Positions 132,991-146,993 of a stretch of 248,000 bases of DNA are shown in pieces. Position 1 is the stretch's first letter; every line of letters starts with the position of its first letter. Made by a program: the position numbers and the translations under genes. The notes below the pieces were generated by a model, which saw nothing but the letters and a program-made list of their open reading frames with translations, had not been told where the DNA came from and did no database searches. Source of the DNA: Octopus vulgaris. Its lineage: Eukaryota. The stretch covers positions 102,196,001-102,444,000 of the forward strand of contig OX597821.1 in the NCBI GenBank assembly GCA_951406725.2. Direction: 5' to 3'.

Positions 132991-133949
132991 TCAGAATTAT
133001 ATATACATATATATATGCATTTCTAGTCCTCATAAAGTCCTTGTACCGTTTTAAATATTAATAGCATTATATTCTACAATTAATATTTAGAAGCCGGATG
133101 GTTGATTAAATGAAAATGTAAATATCTGCATTATTCTGTTTGTCAAGATATGTGAGTGTTACGTTTTTAAGAAACTTAAAAACTATAGCACGAAATCGAA
133201 GACAACCGAACTCTAACATAAGGTTATGAATATCTATAATATACGCATCAAACTTAAATCAAGAATGTGGAATTTTCACGCGTTTCATTATTTGTTAGTA
133301 ATCAGCTTTGGCTGAGACACAACGATGTCAAAACATCAAGTGTCCCAAAGTCCTCTTACACTAATTAATCAAGCGTGTTATGAAAACACACTCGTCTGAA
133401 AGTTGTTCTCCACTGACGAAATACAACATCAATGTGCATATGTTCAAATCTGCTGGGATATATTAGGAATAAATATGGACGTCACCATTTTGATTCTCGT
133501 TGCTCAACTTGCACATGATGATTTGTATATGTATCTTCCGTCGTTAGACTGTAGCCATACTGGGGCACCACATTGAACAATCGATCATCAGGGCTTATCA
133601 TGTAAATGATGATACTTATTTTATCGCTCTCTATTTAAGACGGAACGTAAACACCAACACCGCTTTCCAAGCGGAGGTGAGGAACAAACACAAAGACACA
133701 TATTTAGCTCACCTATAAAGCTCTCTGCTTCATAGGCGACTCGCCAGACTCAAATGACCGGAGGTACATAACCTCTTTACAACTGGGGAGGGGGGAAGGA
133801 GGAAAGTATCATGGTCAGTGAATTTTGGAAACAAAGATTTCTAGAACTACTGGGTAAGGCGGATCGGTTCCATCTGTGTCATAATGACTTTCGAAGATGA
133901 TAGCGTCATCCTAGTCGATTTATGGAGAATTTTCTCTGATGAGGACATT

Positions 133950-135050
133950 GATTAAATACCTCTTTTTTGGATTAAAAAGGTTTCCAGGTCGAGTTTTTCA
134001 GGATCCTTGCTCTTTCGCCCAAGCAAAGCTTACGTTTGCTCCCGTTGAGGTACAAGTCCGGTAGTTCTCGGAGCCTCTATTTAATTATATATGGTATACC
134101 CTACTCTTTTAAATGCCATACATAGCTAGTCAGAGAGGTTATGGTATCCAAAAGGAGGACCTGTGGTTATTCAGATGCTGCTTGAACGAGTCGCCTCTGG
134201 AACCAACATATTTGAGTGTCTGTGCTGGTGGTGCTACAGCCGCTGCTGTTATTACTGGACGCGATCTTGGTGTCAGAGTTGCCACCACAGCCGGGCGCAT
134301 TGCTGGTACAGTTGGTATTGATGCTGCTTTTATTGGTGGATGTGTTGTTGCTAACGCTGCCGCTGTGGTCGCCAGCACCAGTTACCACCTTAGCCGCATA
134401 CACTATACCCTTGGAGCTCCATCGACCCCACCCCACTAGGAATTCATTGGAAATCCTACACGAACATCCTGCTTCTGTTCGTGGCTTAGGGATACTCACT
134501 AATATTCTTTTAACGCTGGGCGCACAACAAACGCCCGCATCTGTGTGAAGTGTTTGTCCACTAATCTAAGGAATATCCTTCCCACGCAAATCTTGACGTT
134601 AAGTGACAAAGGTGAGGCAACCTAAGCGATTTTACGGTAGCGCTTCCTTTTGTGGGTGCTAGGGCTCAGCATAAAGAAGATGCAGTCCTTTGAACCCACG
134701 GGATGCCAAAGCCTCGTTGTAATAGGAGGCTACGGTGTCGAAAATTTCTTGTCTGGAGGACAAGTTCGAAATTCTCTTGTTGATACTCTTCACTAGGTTC
134801 TTGAACACGACAGGTGGATGATAGGAGGCTGTGTTAATGCACGAGTTTTTCGTTTGGTTTGCGGTAGGGCCTATAAGAACAGGTATTCGGGTCCAACGTA
134901 ACGTCTAAGAAGTTGAGAATGGGTCCAATTGAGCTAAGGGTGCGAATTAGGTCCTTCCCAAGCCTATCAAGGGTATGTCCGTTAGCTTCTTCAGAGATGG
135001 CTAAAGCATCATCTCAGTATAGAACAAAAGGTGTCCAGTATATACAAATC
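133950..135050 (-). mobile_element. Penelope-like element remnant (RT end and GIY-YIG endonuclease)
   Basis: TLKYVGSRGDSFKQHLNNHRSSF is GIY-YIG-like; upstream RT-thumb-like fragments. Confidence 0.6.
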
Positions 135051-135158
135051 CTATAAGGTCGTAGACATCAAAGAGACGACCGGGTCAGTTTGTCTGACAC
135101 AAGCCAGATCTTTATTGAACAGCGTTTTCGTAGCATGCCTAATTACATGTATGTATAC

Positions 135159-135209
<51 letters not shown>

Positions 135210-136667
135210 GTGGAGGCGCAATGGCCTAGTGGTTAGGGCAGCAAACTTGCGGTTTCGATTCCCAGACTGGGCGTTTTGAGTGTTTATGAAGCGAAAACAC
135301 CTAAAAGCCCCACGAGGCGCCGACAGGGGGTGGTGGGGAACCCTGCTGTACTCTTCCACCCCAACTTTCTTCCTGTTTCTGTTGTACCTGTATTTCAAAG
135401 GGTCAGCCATGTCACAGTGTCATGCTGAATCTTCCACTTGCACGTTAATTTCACGAGCAGGCTGTTCCGTTGATCGGATCAACTGAAACTCTCGTTGTCG
135501 TAACTGACGGAGTGCCACGGTGTGTATGTATGTATATATATATATATATATATACAAGCTCTTATTACAACTATTTTATGGGGACATGTTCAACCACATT
135601 TACATAAATTCAAGAGCAATATTCAAAAGACAAAATCCTCGTCGTTGAATGGCGGAGATCCATAACCAACATACAGACGTATGTGTGTGTGTGTTGGTTA
135701 TGAAAGGGAGTGTGCGAGGTGACGTTTTAAATATGAAGATATACAAGGACTTCTACAGATCCTGTCTACCTAATTCCACTCAAGAGGTTTTCGTCGTCCT
135801 AATGTTGGGACATTAAGCAATTCCCAGCTGTCACACAATGAATTTGAACCCAAAACCACAAAACTGTGGGTTGGACTTCTTAACTACGTATCTACGATAG
135901 CAATCTCATAATATCCCCGTCACTCAAAGACAATGTGGCCTCAGAGGGAAGTTTGTGGAGTTCATACGTTCTACATTGATCTTAGCAAAACCAAAGTAAC
136001 AAGGTCGATCGGTCGGCTACAAATAGCAGCCAATCGTCCTCTTAAATCAAACATTACTGTCTCACCATTATTTAACATTCACTTTCTCGACGCTTGCATA
136101 CTCTTTTACTTGTTTCAGTCACTTGACTGCGGCCATGCTGGAGCACCGCCTTTAGTCGAGCAAATCGACCCCAAGACTTATTCTTTGTAAGCCTAGTACT
136201 TATTCTATCGGTCTCTTTTGCTGAACCGCTAAGTTACAGAACGTAAACACGCCAGCATCGGTTGTCAAGCGATGTTGGGGGGACAAACACATACACACAC
136301 ATATATATATATATATATTACATATATGCGACGGGCTTCTTTCAGCTTCCGTCTACCAAATCCACTCACAAGACTTTGGTCGGCCCGAGGCGAAAGTAGA
136401 AGTCACTTGCCCAAGGTGCCATGCAGTGGGACTGAACCCGGAACCATATGGCTGGTAAGCAAGCTACATACCACACAGCTACTCCTGCACATGGGTCAGA
136501 TGGAATTTAATGAGGCACATTTTCTACAATCAGATGCTCTTTCTGTTTCCAAATAGGGCAATATTTCCCCATAGCCAGACACGTTTTCCACAGAAGACTG
136601 GAAATGACTATTGCGTGTATGACCGCGATGGTCACTCACAGCCATCACATGGGTGTTAAGACATGGG

Positions 136668-136699
<32 letters not shown>

Positions 136700-139600
136700 C
136701 ATACATACGTACGTGGTAAGTAGTTTGCTTCCCACCCCGATGATTCCGAGTTCAGTCCCCACTGCAAGGCACTTTGGGCAAGTGTCTTCCCCTATAGCAT
136801 TGAGTGAATTTGGAAGATGGAAGCTGAAAGAAGCCTGTGTGTGGACCTGTCTTTGTCTTCCACCACCACTTGACAACCAGTGTTGGTGTTTAAATTCTTC
136901 TAACTTAGCGGTTCGGCAGAAGAGACTGATGGAATAAGTACCAGGTTAAAAAGATTTGTTCAGCTAAAATTCTTCAGGGCAGTGCCCTAGCATGGCCACA
137001 GTCTTATGACTGAAACAAGTAAAAAGGTACACATACATACACACACGACAGGCACTTGCTTAAAGTGCCACACGGTGGAACTGAACCTAAGACCATATAA
137101 TTGGGAAGCAAATTTCTCAAGCACAGGGCCATGCCTGAGCCTTTATGGCATTGGATAATAATGCCCTGTGGGCAGAGGATGGGGTGGGTGAAGAACAATG
137201 GGACTGTCATGACCAGATGTCTTTCATAAAACGTTTGTTTAAATTGAGCTGACAAGAAATTAAACAGCTCCATCAACATTAAAGAAGTGGTTTGCTTATG
137301 AATAGAAAGCTAAAACCTGTTTATGCATCTATCTTGCTGAATGTTAATTTATAGTCATACAAAACTATAAAACAAAAACAAAAACAGAGCCTCTATGTGG
137401 TCACATGGCTTACTCTTTCACTTGTTTCAGTCATTTGACTGCGGCCATGCTGCAGCACCGCCTTTAGTGGAAGCAAATCGAACCCAGAACTTATTCTTTG
137501 GAAGTCTAGTACTTAGTCTATCAGTCTCTTTTGCCGAACCGCTAAGTTACGGGGACGTAGACACACCACCATCGGTTGTCAAGCGATATTGGGGGACAAA
137601 CAAAAACACACAAACATACATATATATATATAAATATACGACGGGTTTACTCTCTTTTACTTGTTTCAGTCATCTGACTGCGGCCATGCTGGAGCACCAC
137701 CTTTTAGTACTTATTCTATCGGTCTCTTTTTGCCGAACCGCTAAGTGACGGGGACGTAAACACACCAGCATCGGTTGTCAAGCAATGCTAGGGGGACAAA
137801 CACACACACATATACATACATATATACGACAGGCTTCTTTCAGTTTCCGTCTACCAAATCCACTCACAAGGCATTGGTCGGCCCGGGGCTATAGCAGAAG
137901 ACACTTACCCAAGATGCCACGCAGTGGGACTGAACCCGCAACCGTGTGGTTGGTTAGCAAGCTACTTACCACACAGCCACTCCTGGGGTTTCTTTTCAGT
138001 TTCCATCTACCAAATCTACTCACAAGGCATTGGTCGGTCCGAGGCTTTAGTAGATGACACTTGCCCAAGGAGCCACACAGTGGGAGCACCAAATCTCATT
138101 TCACATTATAACACATTGAGAAAGATTAGATCTATAAAAATAAATGCCAAAACGATTGTGTGTGTCAGTGTGTCACACTTTGACCCCCTTTCACTATTCA
138201 ATGACACTTCAACTATTTGTGCCTCCTGCTGGGGTGAGAGTAATAGTAGACATAGAAACGGGGAGGGCGGCAGTAGATTGACAGTTGTGATGGTAATGGG
138301 GTGATAGTAATAGTATGAGCTGTAGTTGTGATAGAGGCAGAGGCGATGGTGGTGGAGGCATTAATGGTGGCGGCATCAGAAGTCTGAATGGTGTGCATAT
138401 GACAGTTGTGGTGGTACTGGTGATGGTTGAAAACAATCAACAGAAAGAGAGAGAGACGGAGAGAAAGAAAGCAGTCAGACAGAAAGAAAAAAAAAATTGT
138501 ACTGACCCACAGAATAGGAAGATAAAAAATGTTATGCAGCTTTGCAATAAGTTGACAAATTATATCCTTGTTTTGATGAAAATTGTTCATTGCTTGAAAA
138601 ATACTGGTCAAGTTTAATAAAATTTAATATGTACTCAAAGCACGAAGTGTCATCGTTGGGCCCAAGGCCCAATGAAGAGCCCTCCACAGGAGCTAGCTTA
138701 AAAGCCGCTTGACAGGGGAGTTTTTAAGCTAGTATATTGCTATATACCAGTAAAGAGATAGTATGGTCTGGATTATATAAAGGCTGACTTGGGATTAACC
138801 ACCTGTGGCTCCCAGGGCCTCCTGCAGCCCTTGATGGTCTTTCCTCTATAAATATTATTTTTTGAGTCGATAAGGTGTGATTTAGTTGCTGTTTCTAGCA
138901 TATTGGACACCCAAATAAATCAGAGGTGAGGAAGCCCTTGCACACGTTCAAATTAGAAGTTGCTCAAACCAGTTCATTTCTTTCACATACTAACAAATTT
139001 CTGAAATTTAAGATGCATCATTTTTTTTTCAGGACAGATGTCAATCATCATCATCATCGTTTAACGTCTGCTTTCCATGTTAGCATGGGTTGGACGGTTT
139101 GACTGAGGGCTGGCGAACCAGATGGCTACATCAGGCTCCAGTCTTGATCTGGCAGAATTTCTACAGCTGGCTGCCCTTCCTAACGCCAACCACTCCGAGA
139201 GTGATGTAACCTCACAAATGTTTATATACTTGTACTTCTCAATCTTGATACAAAAGAGGTTTTCTATTTGTTGTAGTAGTTCCCTTGTTGTTGAAGATGT
139301 AACTGCATGACTATCCATGCAATCATTCTTTACAGATCCTCATTACATGCATAGACTTACCTGTTAGTTCTTCATGCAGATGGTGACACTGAATTAAAAA
139401 ATTTATTCTGAGTGAACTTATCCCATATCAATAAGTGTATAATCTTGTGCATATACATTGATGAAAGACACTACTTCAGGAAGTATGGCAAAAGCTATGC
139501 TTAACTGATGAGGTTAGAATTAAACCAAAACCTATTTGGTGTTGTCTCTCATATTCAATAGAAAATGACAAAGAAGACCATTTTACTTCACACTCCTTAA

Positions 139601-141445
139601 CACAATAAGCTGAAAATTAGGTTGACTAGTTCTTGTTTGGCTTTCACTGAAGTCATTGGCATTGTATAGTGTTTGTTTTTAGCCACTTTTCTATGCTTGA
139701 ATGAGTAAGATGAAATGTGCTGAGACAGATTTTCTACAGCTGGATGCCCTTCCTGTCGCCAACTCTCACCCATTTCCAAGAAAGCACCCCCCCCCCACCA
139801 TGGCTGGACATGTTTTTCATGGAAGTTTGGAAATGAAGGACACAGCTTGTATGACAGTGGTTATTGCTTACAATAATCACATGATGTCAAAACAAGAATC
139901 CACCAACTCAGCATGCACATATACACTTCTTTTAGTTTCTCTTACTAAATCCACTCACAAGGTTTTGGTCAGCCTGGGGCTATAGTAGATGACAATGGGG
140001 CAAGGTGTATGAGCCTGTGCTGATTTTCACTGCCACCAGAGAGAAATTTGAAATTGCTAACTGATCTGCAGTCTAACGATTTTAACCTGCAGTCCACGAG
140101 AAAAATAAAACAAACATGGATGGTAACAGAATCAGCACAACACTACCATCAATTCATTTTTGTGAATATAGAAATGTATTTTTTTTTTTTTTTTATTATC
140201 AAAGATTAGTGGTCTGAATGGTTATATTAGTTAAACCTAATCCACTAACATTTCAGCAAGTAGACCTGATCTGGATTTATTATGACTATATAAGCGAAGC
140301 ATAGCCTTCACCAATTAAACAAGATATAAGAGCTGTTAACCCTTTAACATTTAAGCTGGTCAGAGCTGGCCTCTCACGCCTACCCCACAATGTCATTTTA
140401 AAAATAAACAATCACATCATGGTGGACCCCCATAGCCACTCCATGTTTAAAACCTAATTTTATAGAAACTTCTTCGCTAGTGTAGGTTTGCAATAGCATT
140501 CTCTGAGAGAACACGTTTCAGTGGCTGGAACCATGCTGAACTATGTTAGACATTAGAGGAAGAAACCTAGCTGTTTCATGCTATAAATACATCTAAGGCA
140601 AAATTTATTCACGGACCCTTAAAATACTACCAAAGTGCCCATAACTTACTACTTTGCTTGCATGGACCCCAGAAAATCTTATATGGATCCTGGTTGAGAA
140701 GCACTGATTTAAAACTGAATTAAAAAGCATTATGTTTGACAGAGTAATCTAAATGCTAAAAGGTTAAGGGACTATTGCTTTAAGAAAATCTATACTGCTG
140801 TAAAAAAGTATTTAAGAATATGTATTTGCAAAATTAATTAAAACAACTTTGCATTAAAAAGTGGGGGAGGGAAAAAAAGCAAAATTATTAAAAAACAATA
140901 GGAAAAAATTTTTAAACGATGTTTGTCTTTAAGGCATCAAAGAATATATTATATAATATACCTGGAAAATATAAGTGGATCAAAAAGATACAAATTTTAG
141001 TGATTGTAATTCGCTTTGTGTTGTTTTTTTAAACATCTTGACTCAAAGTTGATGGTAGGATTATATGAGTCTTGTGATAGAAGTCTGAAGGACTAAGTGA
141101 GAATGTGTCTGTGGGTGTATATATATATATATATATATATCAATATATATATATACACATATTTATATCCAAAGTAAATAAAAATTATATATGGAACTGT
141201 CTTGCTACCAAAAAAATAATTTCTTTTTATCATACTTTTTTTTTTTATTATTCTACATTAAAATATATTTTTAAAATATCTAAATTTAACTTTTATTTGA
141301 AAAAAAAAAATATCAATATTGAAAATATATTTTCTTCTTGGTTCTCAATTTAAGAAATATATTTTGTATTCAGCATTTGAAGAGAAATATACCAACCATA
141401 ACCCTAAGCAGATATTTAAAAAAATAAATACATTATGAATATATC

Positions 141446-142215
141446 TTATATCATATTAAATTCTAGAACACGGAAATGGCTCTCTGTATTACCATATCGG
141501 TTACGTAACAACTGGTCCGTGGGTTGGTTGGGATCAATTTGTAAAACATTGTGATTGTGGTTGCTGTTGTTGTAGATAAGGTTGCACGGGTAATCAGCAG
141601 TAGTTGGTTCGTACTGACGAGAATGAAAATGAAGCGGATAACGATGATAGAGGTTTGATTGATAGTCCTGGAACGATTCTGATGTTCTGTCGTGATAATC
141701 ATTACCAACTTGGCAATCCGGTGTGGTGCTGTTGAAGGAATAAGGGGGTGGCAGAGGTAAATATGGCGGCTGAGCCAGATGCGATCGACTAGTGGGAGTC
141801 AGTGAAGACGGTGGGGTTGGTGTCTGGCGGCAAGATGAAGTCGAAGCATTGGAAGGAGGTGCAGGGCTGTCGGCACGAGTCGCTGGAAGGCCACTGGAAG
141901 CTGATGCCGGAGATGATGGTGCTGGTGAAGATGGGCTTTGATCAGAGGAGTAAGATGCCAGACGTCTTCGTGTGATTCGGTAATCTCGTGGTTCTTTGCC
142001 TTCACTTGATATAAGAGCTGGTAGAATACGACGCCTAGCATTGATATACCAGTTATTGACCTGCTGGATTGTCAGACCAGTGTCTTTGGCCATCTTTCGC
142101 TTTGTTTCTTCACAAGGGTAGGCACGAAATCTGTTCTGATACAGCCATTTCATAAGATAATCAACAGCCTCCTTCGGTAGATTTCCACGAGTTCGCTTTC
142201 GTTTTGAGCAGTTAT
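141446..142215 (-). CDS. TGIF: TGIF main coding exon
   Basis: ctctctttgtag|AT acceptor; homeodomain followed by a Ser/Pro-rich region. Confidence 0.92.
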
Positions 142216-144132
142216 CTACAAAGAGAGGGGAGAAAGGATTAATAATACATCTGTATTAAAAAAAAGAAGAAACAATCAGTGAATTTACATTTAGGTTTGG
142301 TAAAATAACCAAGAAGGGTCTTTTCTGTTTGGCGGCTCCTGTGGAAATCACTTGTTTTAAAAATTGAAGAAATTGAAAAGTTGAAGCCAAACAGACATGA
142401 TCCAACATGATAGATAGAACTCACAACAGGAATATATTAAGCTTAATTATTTTTAAGCAACAGAAGTTGCAAACTGACTCCAGCATTGATATATATATCT
142501 TTTACTCTTTTACTTGTTTCAGTCATTTGACTGCGGCCATGCTGGAGCACCACTTTTAGTGGAATCAAATCAGCCCCAGGACTTATTCTTTGTAAGTCTA
142601 GTACTTATTCTATTGGTCTGTTTCGCTGAACCGCTAAGTTACAGAGACCTAAACACACCAGCAACGGTTGTCAAGTGATGTTGGGGGACAAACACAGGCA
142701 CACAAACATATACAGGACGGGCTTCCTTCAGTTTTCTGTCTATCAAATCCACTCACAAGGTTTTGGTCAGCCCGAGGCTATAGTAGAAGACACTTGCCCC
142801 ATGTGCCACGCAGTGGGACTGAACCCGGAACCATTTGGTTGGTATGCAAGCAACTTACTACACAGCCACTCCGGAATAAGTATTCCAGGTAATCAGGACA
142901 TTTACTAGTGCAATGTAAACAGTACCATTTATAATATTATGCTCGAGAAGATTCAGCGTGACGCAGAGTGCAACAAGGCTGGCCTTTTGAAATACAAGTG
143001 CTACAGAAACAGGGAGAAAGAGTTAGAGAAAGTTGTGGTGGAAGAATACAGCAGGGTTTCCCACCACACCCTGCTGGAGCCATGTGGAGCTTTAGGTGTT
143101 TTCACTCAATAAACACTCACAACATCCGGTCTGGGAATCGAAACCGTAATCCTATGACTGCAAATCCACTGGGCCATTGTGCCTATATATATATATTATG
143201 CACACACACACATTCAGTGAGAGGAGAGAGGGGCAGTTGGAGGAGAAAAAGTAAGCATGTGAGAGAGATGGTCACAAAGTTTTATATAGTTACTTAACAA
143301 TGCAGATGAAAAACAAGATACTTAAAATAAGCAAATAAATTAAGAAAAGGGTCTAAACTGGGTAGAGTAGTCCCCACAAGAAAAAAATTAATAGTTAGAA
143401 GTAGCAGCTAAAACTCATCAAAATCACATTCTCCCTTCAAAAGGATACTTTGTGGAACACATAAACACCAAACTTTGGAGTTGCATTTGTCTACTAAATG
143501 ACTGAAGTGGAAGAGCTATTCAATGACTTAAAAGGCTGTTAAATTCCCTTTAGAGATAAACTTAAATTGAATTTAACAGCATTATTTTAACCTTGCAGTA
143601 CAAGTAATTTGCTGTACGAATTTTTGTCTTGAAGTATGTGTGGAAATCTACAGTACAAGCACACATTGTCCCATCATCATCATCATCGTTTAGCATCCGT
143701 TTTCCATGCTAGCATGGGTTGGACTCATCTTTAAGGTAATTCAGTTAATAAAACCAGTTTACATATTTCTTTTGCATTCTCTTTTTCATAATTGTCTCTT
143801 TACTTGTAACTACACCTTTTCTGTTTTAAAACCCATAAAAAATTATTTTTGAGTGGTTTTTGTGGGGCTGGAACAGATTAATTATATTTTAGTTAATTTT
143901 AATAAGGAAAATTGATTTGTAAAACGTAAGTCGAACTCGGTCATGGCACAAATTAAACTTATACTGTGAGGTATCACTGTTTGTGTGTGTATGTATATAT
144001 ATATATATATATATATTTATCAAAATAAAAACATGATGCAAAGGATTTAGCGGTACATATACTCTATCACCTACACCACTAAATGTCATATACAGGTGCT
144101 TACAATTATCAAGTATTCACCCTGAAGTTTTC

Positions 144133-144171
<39 letters not shown>

Positions 144172-146409
144172 CCAAGTCAGCCCACAGCATTCCTTGACTG
144201 TGAGATGCATGAATTTGGTAGAGAGAGAGAGAGAGAGAGTTTGGGGGATAGTCTAAATAAGAATGATAAATTATCAATAAGAAAATTCAACTAAATAGGT
144301 CAACAAACAAATCTAGAGTAGCAATTAGTTCGACCAAATGGAAGTGAAGTGTTTCAAGACATGAAGACAATCGCTTCCAAATGATCCAATTGTTTTGAAT
144401 CAGATCAAAGAATCTAAAGAACGACACAACTCAGTACAATAAACACGAAGACTTGTAACTATGTAAGAAAGTGTAGCGTTACTACACTAGTATGTCCCTA
144501 TCCTCAAAATCATTTTGTTTTTTCATGAAGTTTTCTGCAAATACATTTCAGATGGTGTAAATCAGGTTCTCAAATGTGGTCTGTTTTATTGTGAAAATTT
144601 ATCTGCAATAAGCTGGTTACACTTCTACAATACACAAAATATTTTAGTGTTTTTTAAAAGACAATTCAGTACTTTTTGGTTATCTCACCCCCATTAAAAA
144701 ATTGGGCTATCTCCAAGTTTTATGAGAAATAGCAGTACTTTTGGTTATCTCACTCATCTTAAAAAATGGTGTAACCCCCAATAAAACAAAAAAAAAGAAC
144801 AAAAGTGAAAAGATGAAACATCTTACTAAATCTGATATTTTTATAACAAATCATTCCATGTCTTTTGAGGAGACCAAACGTCAACAATGTGTTGAAGTAC
144901 TGAATCAAAAGGATTCAACTCTTAATCCAATCTGTCGCCACATAAGCTCAATATTTTAATGGGGAGATAAGCCATTTTTGAATGGGGGTGAGATAAACAA
145001 AAAGTATCGACAATTCTTAATAATATTTAATTATAAAATTTTTTCAAACATCGAATTGCTATGAGGGTCAAACCGAGTAAAATAGGAATCGAAGGGGTCC
145101 ATAGGTAAAAAACTGTTGAGAAACACTGATGTAAATTAACGATTATATCAGAGTTTTGGACAATTCACATGTGTCATTTTGATGATACATTGAACAATTG
145201 TAGAAAAAAAAAACCCATTTTTTTTTAACATTATAATCTACACAAACTGAAATGTATCAGTAGAAAAATTCCATCAAAAAATTATAAATTTTTCCGAAAA
145301 CAAAGACGCAGGTGGCGAAGTAGGTATCTGTAGTTTATACCGAAAGTATAATTTATTAGAGTATTGTTTAGCCCCAGGTAAGCACTGATCAAGCAAACAC
145401 GTATGATAAAAAATGTCCAAACCCTACTCATCGTCTTTTCTATAAGACATAATCCATACATAATCTGAATAATTTTTTTGTATTTTATTAAGCTGGTAAG
145501 GTGTAATCTGAAGAATTTTTAGCTGTTATTTTCAGCAGGTTGAGTGACCACGTAGAGAAGTGTTTGTCATTCGGCTGTCAAAGACCAGTTCAAACCGAGC
145601 ACCTAAGTGACTAAAAGCATTCCAGCTGCGACCATCCCATCTTTATAAAGCGTTACATTTAAGCCGTTAACAGGAATTTAAAATTAAATTTCACTCTGCT
145701 CCCAGTACAGAGTGCCCGGCCACAGCAATAAATACTCCGTCAATATTCTTAAATTTTGTTTTTAACACAAGGCCTGTAATTTGCAGGATGATGGGGCAAG
145801 TCGATTACATATTGGTATTTTGTTTGAGAGAAAGTTGGCCAAGACAGGATTTGACCTCAGAACGTGAAGTAATAATGATGATAAAAACAAAAAGGGCCAG
145901 AACAAATACCACAATGTATTTTTCCGACGCTCTAACGGTTCAGCCAATTCGCCGTCCTAAATTTGTTTTAAAATAATTTCAATTTAGCATTTATGTAATG
146001 TCTACCCTCTTTATTATACAGTAACGTGATTTGAGAAAGATTTGACTATTATTTCTAGCAGACCAAAACGACAACGAAAGGATTCCCCTCCGTGGCTAAG
146101 GTTTATTTGACATGTAAATGTTTTACTTAAACAGACGTGGTTTATATCATAAAAAACAAAAACAACACTGAAGAGATCAACGGCAAAAGAAACCGTATTA
146201 AATGTTATTACATATAAATGTACACAAATTTACTAAATACACTAACAGGCACTAACTAACCATATACATCTTTCTAAAAAGGATGGGCCAGGAAATGACC
146301 GGCATTCGTTCAAATCTGTTGCTATGAATTGTGGTTGCGTGGTCGTAGAGAAAGATGAGAGTTAATTTCCGCTTGTGTCATATGCTTTGATAGAAATAGT
146401 ACCTGCCAT
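141446..146409 (-). CDS. TGIF: TGIF-class TALE homeodomain transcription factor
   Basis: join(complement(146403..146409),complement(141446..142215)) gives [41 protein letters not shown]...LTIQQVNNWYINARRRILPALISSEGKEPRDYRITRR. Shows the TGIF-typical RRGNLPKE-like N-arm, the AYP loop and the post-homeodomain RRILP..I..EG.DP..F/Y.I segment. A further 3' exon cannot be excluded. Confidence 0.9.
146403..146409 (-). CDS. TGIF: TGIF putative start exon (ATG GCA G|gtact)
   Basis: Phase-1 donor that fits the phase-1 acceptor at 142215; not independently confirmable. Confidence 0.55.
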
Positions 146410-146957
146410 GACATGACAACGCAAACACCTCGACCACAACAGCAGCATCACAAACACCATAACCCCAAGGAACGTCATACATAATAACAATATGTTATAC
146501 TGTCGTATGTCCAAATGCGTATCTCCAGCTGCTTCAGATGACAAGATATAAAAATTGTCGAAGTGAAGTACAACGGTTTTGCTATGGAATGGTCAAACTA
146601 TTTTTTCGTTTTCTGAAAAAGCAACGTTTTGGACTTACGACACTTTTGCATTATAGCAACGATATAAACACACACACACACAAAAACATTGTGTTGTTGC
146701 TTTCATGTGAAGTTATATACAAAAACTATTTAACATTAAACTCAATAGTTTTTTTTTTTTTAGCATAATACATATTTACTAATTTTTACAAGTTTCGACT
146801 GACCAGCTACCATCATGTGTGTGTGCCATGATGGCTGGTAAACCTAAAACTTCGTAGTCACAAACTTTCCCTTGGAAATAAATAAATAAATGCTATATAT
146901 TTTCCGATTATCCGATTGCACTCAACAAGGTATGGGTCGACCCGAGGTTATTGAAAC

Positions 146958-146993
<36 letters not shown>

